Shown here: piece after piece, positions 29,900 through 37,892 of the stretch
How positions within the stretch are numbered: the stretch's first letter is position 1
Layout of the letters: each line of letters begins with the position of its first letter
Assembly (NCBI GenBank): GCA_965112635.1
Contig: OZ218778.1
Location: 1,120,001 to 1,184,000 of the forward strand
DNA from: an uncultured bacterium
Lineage (GTDB): Bacteria > Oederibacteriota > Oederibacteriia > Oederibacteriales > Oederibacteriaceae
Length of the DNA stretch: 64,000 nucleotides
Reading direction: 5' to 3'
Program-made: the position numbers and the translations under genes
Notes under the pieces: generated by a model
What the model was told of the DNA's origin: nothing
Database searches by the model: none
What the model saw: only the letters and a program-made list of their open reading frames with translations

Positions 29900-30613
29900 T
29901 TGAAACCAGTAGTGATGATTCCAACTTATAATGAAAAAGACAATATACTCCTGTTGATCGGCGCGTTATTGTCGCTGCCCGTTAAGCTGGATATCCTTGT
30001 GGTGGACGATAATTCCCCGGATGGAACGTGGAAACTTGTTGAAAAGCTTTCCAAAAAAAACAAGCATGTCCATCTGCTGAGAAGGTTGAACAAGCGGGGA
30101 CGAGGGCCAGCCGGTGTCGACGGGTTCCTCCAGGCGTTGAAAATGGGTGCAGACGTCATCGTTGAAATGGACGCGGATTTTTCCCATGACCCGAAATATA
30201 TTCCCCAGATGCTGAAAGAAATAAAGCATTGGGATGTCGTGATCGGGTCCAGGGCCGTGCCAGGCGGCAGGGATAACCGCAGGGGTTTCCTGAGGTCCTT
30301 GATCACCTGGTTGGCCAGACGATTCATACAATTTCATCTTAATCTTCCCATTCAGGACGTTTCCGGAGGGTATCGTTGTTTCAGAGGCAAGGTGCTCAAA
30401 GCTATCGATCTGGAAAATGTGGTTTCTCGCGGTCCTTCTATTCTGCAGGAAATATCCTATAAGGCTTTTTTAAAAGGGTTTAGGTTCAAGGAGATCCCTA
30501 TTATTTTTACTGACCGTGCCCGAGGGGCTACCAAGCTGAACTTAAAAACCCTTTTAGAATCCTTGATGATGGTATTAGTGATCAAAAAGCGTTATTCTAT
30601 GAAGAACATTTAA
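29900..30613 (+). CDS. Polyprenol monophosphomannose synthase-like GT2 (Ppm1/DPM1-like)
   Basis: IPTYNEKDN, VVDDNSPDGT, EMDADFSHDP, 'EIPIIFTDR..G.TKL'; TTG start after AGGAG. Confidence 0.9.
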   Translation: MKPVVMIPTYNEKDNILLLIGALLSLPVKLDILVVDDNSPDGTWKLVEKLSKKNKHVHLLRRLNKRGRGPAGVDGFLQALKMGADVIVEMDADFSHDPKYIPQMLKEIKHWDVVIGSRAVPGGRDNRRGFLRSLITWLARRFIQFHLNLPIQDVSGGYRCFRGKVLKAIDLENVVSRGPSILQEISYKAFLKGFRFKEIPIIFTDRARGATKLNLKTLLESLMMVLVIKKRYSMKNI

Positions 30614-30643
30614 GCATTATTTCATACAAATACGAGGAAAAAG

Positions 30644-32023
30644 ATGCTGGATAAGAAAATCGCAAAAGGTTTACGACAGATCGTCGGCGACGAGGACGTT
30701 TTCACGGCCCCCGAGGAAGTCTTTACTTACGAAACCGATGCCTATCCTTTTGGCAAAACAGCACCTTTGGCGGTTGTTTTACCGGAGAGCACCGACGAGG
30801 TCTCCCGCGTCGCTGCGCTCCTGTATGAGGCGGGTATTCCCATCACTCCGAGGGGTTCAGGGACCAGCTTGAGCGGGGGAAGCATCCCCATGCCAGGCAG
30901 TGTGCTGATCCCATTGACGAAGATGAACAAGGTTCTAGAAATCGACGTGTTCAATCGACGGGCCTTGGTCGAGAGCGGCGCCGTTAACATGGCCCTTAAC
31001 AAAAAGGTCCAGCCTTATGGCCTACAGTATGCCCCCGACCCTTCCAGCCAGTTGATCTGCACTTTTGGAGGGAATATCGCCCATAATTCCGGGGGCGCCC
31101 ATACTTTAAAATACGGGGTGACCTCCCATCATATCCTGGGCATGGAAATCGTGACCCCGCATGGTCAGGCCGTTTGGCTGGGGAATATGATAGAGGATCA
31201 GCCTGGGTATAATCTCGCTGGCGTCACTATCGGGTCGGAAGGCACCCTAGGGATTGTGACCAAGGTTTGGGTGCGCTTGATCCCGCTGCCCTTAGGAGTC
31301 CAAACCATCCTGGCCTCATTCCAACAAGCGGAGCAGGCGACCCAAACGGTTTCCGACATCATACGAGTAGGTATCATACCGGCCGCGTTGGAATTGATGG
31401 ACCGGGTTATCCTGCAGGCAGTGGAGCAGGCTTTCCATTATGGTTTTTCCAGCCAGGCCGAGGCGGTTTTGTTGATCGAGGTGGATGGCTTGCCGGCTGG
31501 TCTGGACCGGCAGAGCCAGCGGATCCAGGAGATTTGCCAGAAGAACAAAGCGCTGGAAGTTAAGGCCGCCAAAGACGAGGCGGAAAGGACCCTCCTATGG
31601 ACGAGCCGTAAAAAAGCGGCTGCGGCCATCGGCTACCTCAGCCCCAGTTATTGCATCCAGGACGGCGTAATACCTCGGAGCAAACTGCCTGAAGTCCTTC
31701 CTTTCATCTATGAAATTGGCAAGAAATATCGCCTCAGGATCGGCAATATTTTCCATGCAGGAGACGGCAATCTGCACCCCAATATCCTTTTTGATGATAA
31801 AAATGAAGATGAGGTCAAAAGGGCGATGGCGGCTGGAGAGGATATCATTAAGGTATGCCTGAAATTCGGAGGGGCTATTACGGGAGAGCACGGTGTCGGT
31901 ATCGAGAAAAAAAGTTCTATCCCGCTATTTTTTGACGAGCATGACCTGGGTCTCATGAAGAAAGTAAAGGATGTTTTCGATCCCAAGGGTCTGTGCAACG
32001 CCAATAAGATATTCCCTGGCTAA
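30644..32023 (+). CDS. glcD: FAD-linked 2-hydroxyacid oxidase, glycolate oxidase subunit GlcD-like
   Basis: PRGSGTSLSGG, YAPDPSSQ, GSEGTLG, FHAGDGNLHP, GEHGVG. Confidence 0.8.
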   Translation: MLDKKIAKGLRQIVGDEDVFTAPEEVFTYETDAYPFGKTAPLAVVLPESTDEVSRVAALLYEAGIPITPRGSGTSLSGGSIPMPGSVLIPLTKMNKVLEIDVFNRRALVESGAVNMALNKKVQPYGLQYAPDPSSQLICTFGGNIAHNSGGAHTLKYGVTSHHILGMEIVTPHGQAVWLGNMIEDQPGYNLAGVTIGSEGTLGIVTKVWVRLIPLPLGVQTILASFQQAEQATQTVSDIIRVGIIPAALELMDRVILQAVEQAFHYGFSSQAEAVLLIEVDGLPAGLDRQSQRIQEICQKNKALEVKAAKDEAERTLLWTSRKKAAAAIGYLSPSYCIQDGVIPRSKLPEVLPFIYEIGKKYRLRIGNIFHAGDGNLHPNILFDDKNEDEVKRAMAAGEDIIKVCLKFGGAITGEHGVGIEKKSSIPLFFDEHDLGLMKKVKDVFDPKGLCNANKIFPG

Positions 32024-32070
32024 TTATGGGTTATGTTTTTAGAATAATTTTTAGAAAGGGAGGCTGGAGC

Positions 32071-34494
32071 ATGGTAAGAAAGTTTTCGCTAGGTTTAATT
32101 GGAAAAGGCATTCTTTTTACGCTATTTCTAGGTATTGCTCTGGAGGGGAAGGTCTCCCGGATATACGCTCAAGATGCAGGCTCTTATCTGCTTAAAGTCT
32201 CGGCGATCGACCTTATAAAATCAGAAGAACCAAAAACCCAGCAGTGGTCTCCTGTCCAGTCGTTGGATGGGAAAAAGGTTGTGAAAGTGTTAGCTGGGAA
32301 TAGGGGCGTTTTTTTGCTGCCTGCCTGGTGGGGAGATTCTCCCAGACCCAATGAAGGCGAACTGTACACCATGGAGATCGATTACAGGGATGATGTTTCC
32401 AAGCTGGTGGTGGTTTCCTGTTTTGGCAATAACGCTGCAAACAACTATCTTAGGGAGGTTCATCGGATCGGCGGAGAGGGTACGGGACAGTGGAAAACGG
32501 CCTATATCCCATTGTCCTGGGATTATCTCTATGCTGGTCCCGGTATGGCGGTAAGCCAAGGCCAGCAACAGATCGGCCTAGAAGTAGCCGGGAAAGACAA
32601 AGACCTGCCTATTGCGGAAGTGCGCGTACGAAGAGCTGCTTTACCAGGCGATGCCGTGCGCTATGGTCAAGAGACCCGTACGTGGGTCCGTAAGTTGCAA
32701 TCCCGCCATCCGGCCACCAGGATCGTCACGGTTGTTCCGCAAACCGTAGATCTGCCCGATGAATATAAAAGCAAGCCTTTAGTTCCTTTTGCCCAGACTT
32801 ACTTGAAGCTGATCTTTAACACAGATGTTCCCGCTAAGCAATCGGTGGGAGTGCCTGTGCAAGTCCGCATGGCCTTGAATCAGCAATCAGCGGTACAGTT
32901 CGGAGTTTACGCCAATGGCATAAACTTGAATAATGTGACTTACTCCTTGGGGGCCTTGAAAGACAGTGACGGCAATCCTCTAAAGTCTAAAGCAAAGCTT
33001 TATGCTGCCGAATATGACCTAGTCCAGGCAGACAATAATATGCTGCAATGGTATCCCCACCGTCTTTGGCCGTCTTTTCCCCTCACTATCAAGTCAGGAC
33101 AATCCCAGTGTTTCTGGATGACTTTGGAAACAAGAGCGGATACGACCAAGGCGGGGAGTTATAAGGGTGAGATCACCATTGTGGCTGAACAAGCGACGGA
33201 TTTGCAGAAGATAACTGAGAAAATACCTATCGAGGTGGATGTCCTGCCTATCAAGCTGTTGACCATGGAAGAGGCCGGGTTGACCATGGGTGGTTGCGTA
33301 TATGGTTTAACCACGTTCGGCGATATATCTTACGCTGCCAAAAATAATAACAATAGTGTGGACTTGTGGTGCTTTTCTTCCAGGCCAGCCATGTCCATCA
33401 GCGACGGCAAATTGGCCATTGATTTCACTCTGTTGGACGAATGGATGAAAGAAGCGAAGCGCCGGGGATGGCAAAAAGTGATGTATTTTATGGGAGAAGA
33501 TCCCCTTGGGTTTCCCCTGTTCATGGGCCTGGAAAAAGCTCTTTATGTCGCCCTTAGAACCGGTGCAAGAAAAACGATCACACCGCAGGAACACGACTCT
33601 TATATTGACGAGTATTGCCGGCTGGCCGGCGCCAAAGATTCGCGGGGCAAAGTGATCGATGAGATCAGACCTTATTTTATCCAGTGGGTCAAACAGATGA
33701 CCGAACATGGAAAGGCCAACGATTGGCCTGACCTTATCCTTACCCCCTTTGATGAGCCTGCCAAATATGTATGGGCTGGGAAAAAAGATGAGGTCAAGAG
33801 CGATCCGCGGGTGATCGGCTCGGGGATGTGGACCAAGGACCACTTCGAAGATTCGTGCAACTTGATCCGCGAGAACATGGCTCCCGGCACCTTGATCAGC
33901 GGGGATATCCACCACGCCTTTGGCACTATTTTCCTGCCAGACCTGGATATCTTCTGCACCAATGCCTGTGATGAGGATGTTTCTCTGGGCGATTCGGTCA
34001 GGGACGCAGAAAAAATACTCTGGCAATATTCGGGCGCAGGAGGTTCTCCTTTCGTTATCAGGATGTATTATGGGTTCCATTTCGCCAATTTTGACTCCCG
34101 GGGTTCTTTAGCCTGGGCCTATAACTGGAGCAACGCCAATTGGTTCGACCTTTCAGAAGGGGATAACTCCACGGTCGAGTGGCCTACGCCCATCGGCACG
34201 ATCGTCGACCCCTCTTATGAAGCTATCCGTGAAGGGCTGGATGACCGGCGCTATATCGAGACCCTGCGCGCCCTGGCTAAAGCCAAAGGGGTCTCCCCGG
34301 ATGTGGAAGCTTTTTTGAAAACTGTTTTTGATGATGCGGTGCGGACCCATAATGCCACGCCCCAAGACCGCAATCCACAGGCAATCATAGCCGACCCGGT
34401 GAAGCCTGAAACCTGGCCGGACGACAAAGAAGCGGTGCTGGATAAATGGCGTGGACAGATCGCGGATAAAATTGTGGAATTAATGGCTCGATAA
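32071..34494 (+). CDS. Secreted GH123/DUF4091-like glycoside hydrolase-related protein
   Basis: Signal peptide; 'SQCFWMTL..AGSYKGEI' Ig-like segment; 'PFDEP'; C-terminal 'YEAIREGLDDRRYIETL'. Confidence 0.5.
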   Translation: MVRKFSLGLIGKGILFTLFLGIALEGKVSRIYAQDAGSYLLKVSAIDLIKSEEPKTQQWSPVQSLDGKKVVKVLAGNRGVFLLPAWWGDSPRPNEGELYTMEIDYRDDVSKLVVVSCFGNNAANNYLREVHRIGGEGTGQWKTAYIPLSWDYLYAGPGMAVSQGQQQIGLEVAGKDKDLPIAEVRVRRAALPGDAVRYGQETRTWVRKLQSRHPATRIVTVVPQTVDLPDEYKSKPLVPFAQTYLKLIFNTDVPAKQSVGVPVQVRMALNQQSAVQFGVYANGINLNNVTYSLGALKDSDGNPLKSKAKLYAAEYDLVQADNNMLQWYPHRLWPSFPLTIKSGQSQCFWMTLETRADTTKAGSYKGEITIVAEQATDLQKITEKIPIEVDVLPIKLLTMEEAGLTMGGCVYGLTTFGDISYAAKNNNNSVDLWCFSSRPAMSISDGKLAIDFTLLDEWMKEAKRRGWQKVMYFMGEDPLGFPLFMGLEKALYVALRTGARKTITPQEHDSYIDEYCRLAGAKDSRGKVIDEIRPYFIQWVKQMTEHGKANDWPDLILTPFDEPAKYVWAGKKDEVKSDPRVIGSGMWTKDHFEDSCNLIRENMAPGTLISGDIHHAFGTIFLPDLDIFCTNACDEDVSLGDSVRDAEKILWQYSGAGGSPFVIRMYYGFHFANFDSRGSLAWAYNWSNANWFDLSEGDNSTVEWPTPIGTIVDPSYEAIREGLDDRRYIETLRALAKAKGVSPDVEAFLKTVFDDAVRTHNATPQDRNPQAIIADPVKPETWPDDKEAVLDKWRGQIADKIVELMAR

Positions 34495-34509
34495 AAAACA
34501 AAATTTAAT

Positions 34510-34585
34510 CCTCGCAATTCCCTGGGGATTTGCGAGGTAACAGGCTACTAAAGGACTGTTATTAAGGTTTTTCAGTAGCCTGTTA
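34510..34585. repeat. Hairpin plus TAACAGG-type inverted repeat, same family as 17526-17574
   Basis: CCTCGCAA/TTGCGAGG directly followed by TAACAGGCTACT (34538-49)/AGTAGCCTGTTA (34574-85). Confidence 0.55.
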
Positions 34586-34631
34586 AAAAATAAAACCCTT
34601 CTGGGGTCATTCCGGAAGGGTTTTTATTTTT
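34585..34631. terminator. Bidirectional intrinsic terminator between convergent genes
   Basis: AAAAAATAAAACCCTTC..GAAGGGTTTTTATTTTT. Confidence 0.8.
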
Positions 34632-34661
34632 AAACCACCCTTTAAAACCTTTGGGTGGCAA

Positions 34662-37600
34662 TCATTGTTTAGCAGCAGCCTCTTCGTGGTCCACTTCCCT
34701 CAAGGCCGGCCTGCCTAGCACTTTGCGCGTCCAGACGCGGAACCGGTCGACCCAGCTGAACATGGAGGGGATGACGATCAAGGTCAGGAGCGTGGAACTG
34801 ACCAGGCCCCCGATGACCGCAATACCCATGGACTGACGGAAGCGGCTGACCTCGGACAGGGCCATGGCCAGCGGGGTCATGCCGGCGATCAGGGCAAAAG
34901 TGGTCATAAGGATGGGGCGCAGACGGATCTTGCCGGCTTCAATGATGGCGTCATCCCTGGACCTTCCCCGGCGCATGAGCTGGTAGGTATAATCCACGAG
35001 CAGGATGGAGTTTTTCGCCACCAGGCCCATGAGCATAATCAGGGCGATCATGGACATGATGCTTAGAACCTGGCCGGTGAAAAGCAGGGCGCCGAAAGCA
35101 CCCAGCCCGGCCAGCGGTAGGGCGGTCATGATCAAGAGCGGCATGATGATAGATTCATACAGCGTGGCGAGGATTAAATACATAAAGATGAGGCCCAACA
35201 CCATGGCGATGACCATGTTGACGACCAGTTCCTGGAAGTCCTCGGCTTGCCCGATGAAGTCATACGTGATCCCGGCAGGGATCTTGCCTTCCTTTTCAAG
35301 CCCCTTCATGATCTTCCTGGCATCGTCCTCGATATTCCCCAGGGCCCCCAAACCGCCAAGCTGTCCGCCAACCTGGATGTAGCGGATCCGGTCGCGACGG
35401 TCGATCCGGGTGGGGCCCAGCGTGTTCTTGGGCGTGGCGACATTGGCCAGGCGCACCAGCTGATTGTTCATATTAGGGATGTAGTACGAACCGTAGGCCT
35501 GGGAGAGGTCGCGCTGGTCCTCCTGCAGGCGGACGCGGATATCATATTCCAGGCCGTTCTCCCTGAATTTGGCTGGCACGATGCCGTCCACCATGCCGCG
35601 GAGCTCAGAGCCAGCCATGACCGTGGAAACGCCCAAGCTTTTGATCCTGTCCGGCTCCATGATGATCTGGAATTCCGGCTTACCGGTCTTGTAACTGATG
35701 TCCAGGTCCTTCAGATCCCTGATGCTCTTAAAAGATTCTCCGGCCATTTTGGCGACCTGGTCCATTTTTTCCAGGTCATCCCCCATCACGATCATGGTAA
35801 AAGGAGGTCTGTTGTCACCGCCCATCTGCACATTGCCCACCTGGGGGCTGAAATTTGCGAAGACCTTGAACTCATCCCTGAGAACTTCCTGCATATGGGT
35901 CGTAGTCATTTTAGGACGGAGCCTGTAATTGGTCATCTCCACGAAAATGCTGGCCACATTGGTTTCTCCCTCATCGTTGCCCACCTGCAAGGCCACATTG
36001 AGGTTCTCCGGATGGGACCGGATGACTGATTCGACCTTCTTGGAAGTGGCCAGCATAGCTTCCAGGGAGGTGCCCGGAGGGCCCTCCAGGCTGATCAAAT
36101 AAAAACCCACGTCCGGTTGGGTCATAAAAGTGCGCGGGAGCAAAATGAAAAAGATGACACCAATTACAAGGAACACAACGGTGCTGAGGAGGACCACCCA
36201 GCGGTGACGCAGGCAAAAACGCATGACCCGTTCATAAAAATCAACGAGCCAGGTTTGAAAGTGGCCGAAATAATAGGCCAGGGTGTGCAATGGCCAGAAA
36301 ATATAATAGAAGGTCTTCTTGATGGCGTTCCAGACCACCCGCCCAAAGCCAGGGGTTGTATTGTCCTGCCCGGACAGTTTATCTTTTTCGGCGGAGCTGC
36401 TCCTGGCCAGGTAGGCGGACAACATGGGAGCCACGGTCATGGCGTCAAAGAGGGAGATGGCCATGGTGAATACCACGGTGAATCCCATCTGCTTGAAAAA
36501 CTGGCCGATGGTGCCGTGCAAAAAACCGATGGGCATAAAAACAGAGATGACGGTGAGCGTGGTGGCCACCACGGCCATAGTGACCTCGTTGGTCCCGTGG
36601 ATGGCCGCGTCCTTGGGTGATTCGCCGTGCTCCAGGTGCCTCCAGATATTTTCACGGACCACGATAGCGTCGTCAATGAGCAAACCCACGGCCAGGGACA
36701 GGGACATCAGGGTGATCATGTTGATGGTAAAGCCCATCATATACATCAGGATGAAGGAGCCGATCAGGCTGTCGGGCAGGGCCATGCCCGTGATGAAGGT
36801 GGAGCGGAAGTTGCCCAAAAAGAGGTAGACGACAAAGACCGTGAGCAAGATGCCCAGGAGAATGGTGTTGCGCATATCCTCGATATCTATCTTGATGAAC
36901 TTGGCGTTATCCAGGGTCGTATTGAGCTGGGGCTTGCCTTTGGCTGACGAGAATTTATTGTTTATCTCCCTTATTTTGTTCTGCACAGCGTCGGCCACCT
37001 GTACCGTGTTGCTTCCCGACTGGCGGTAGATGTCCATGAAAAGGGATTTCTCGCCGTTATAAAAAGCCAGGTTCTTGGTGTCCTCGACCGTATCTTCCAC
37101 CGAGCCCACGTCCTGGAGGGTGACCGGGATATCGGAGCCGTAAAAGTTCACGACGGTCTTCCTGATCTTGTCCAGAGCATCGTATTCCCCGAGGGTCCGG
37201 AACGCCGTGCGCTTGTCCTTCCTGGATATCTCGCCTACCGGGATGTTCTGGCTGTTGGCCGCCAGGCGGTCGCTCACCATGCTCACGGACAGCTCGTGGG
37301 ATTTGAGGCGGTCCTTGTCCAGGGACACCTTGATCTCACGGCGCGTACCGCCCAGTATCTGCACCAGCGCCACATTCGGAACCTGTTCCAGCAGGGGTTT
37401 GATGGTTTCGTGGGCCAGGTCGTAGATCTGGGCCGGGGTCAGGTCCGCGGACAGGGAGACGCGGACGATGGGCTGGTCCGCGGGGTCGAAACGGCGGATG
37501 ACGGGCTCGTCTATTTCATTGGGCATGTTGGGCCGGGCCAGGGTGACCTTCTCGCGGACCTGCTGCTCGGCGTCCTTGACGTCGGTGCCGAGATAAAATT

Positions 37601-37880
37601 CGGCGAGCACCATGGAATAGCCGTCATGGTTCTCGGAGGTCAGGTGCTTGAGACCCGAAATAGCGCTGATCTGCTCTTCCAGAGGCTTGGAGACCAGGGT
37701 CTCTATTTCATGGGGTCCGGCGCCGCGGTAGGTGGTGACTACCGAGATCATGGGAAAGGATACATCGGGGAATTGGTCCACGCCGATGCGGAAATAGCAC
37801 AGGCTTCCCACCACCAGGATCAAAGCCACAAAGCTCATAATCAGGGTGGGTCTTCTGACCGAAAGTGCTGCTAGGTTCAT
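34662..37880 (-). CDS. RND efflux permease (AcrB/AcrD/AcrF family)
   Basis: 1072 aa; 'GLLIDDAIVVRENI', 'KNSILLVD', 'RLRPILMTT'. Confidence 0.95.
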   Translation of the reverse strand: MNLAALSVRRPTLIMSFVALILVVGSLCYFRIGVDQFPDVSFPMISVVTTYRGAGPHEIETLVSKPLEEQISAISGLKHLTSENHDGYSMVLAEFYLGTDVKDAEQQVREKVTLARPNMPNEIDEPVIRRFDPADQPIVRVSLSADLTPAQIYDLAHETIKPLLEQVPNVALVQILGGTRREIKVSLDKDRLKSHELSVSMVSDRLAANSQNIPVGEISRKDKRTAFRTLGEYDALDKIRKTVVNFYGSDIPVTLQDVGSVEDTVEDTKNLAFYNGEKSLFMDIYRQSGSNTVQVADAVQNKIREINNKFSSAKGKPQLNTTLDNAKFIKIDIEDMRNTILLGILLTVFVVYLFLGNFRSTFITGMALPDSLIGSFILMYMMGFTINMITLMSLSLAVGLLIDDAIVVRENIWRHLEHGESPKDAAIHGTNEVTMAVVATTLTVISVFMPIGFLHGTIGQFFKQMGFTVVFTMAISLFDAMTVAPMLSAYLARSSSAEKDKLSGQDNTTPGFGRVVWNAIKKTFYYIFWPLHTLAYYFGHFQTWLVDFYERVMRFCLRHRWVVLLSTVVFLVIGVIFFILLPRTFMTQPDVGFYLISLEGPPGTSLEAMLATSKKVESVIRSHPENLNVALQVGNDEGETNVASIFVEMTNYRLRPKMTTTHMQEVLRDEFKVFANFSPQVGNVQMGGDNRPPFTMIVMGDDLEKMDQVAKMAGESFKSIRDLKDLDISYKTGKPEFQIIMEPDRIKSLGVSTVMAGSELRGMVDGIVPAKFRENGLEYDIRVRLQEDQRDLSQAYGSYYIPNMNNQLVRLANVATPKNTLGPTRIDRRDRIRYIQVGGQLGGLGALGNIEDDARKIMKGLEKEGKIPAGITYDFIGQAEDFQELVVNMVIAMVLGLIFMYLILATLYESIIMPLLIMTALPLAGLGAFGALLFTGQVLSIMSMIALIMLMGLVAKNSILLVDYTYQLMRRGRSRDDAIIEAGKIRLRPILMTTFALIAGMTPLAMALSEVSRFRQSMGIAVIGGLVSSTLLTLIVIPSMFSWVDRFRVWTRKVLGRPALREVDHEEAAAKQ

Positions 37881-37892
37881 TATTAACCTTTC

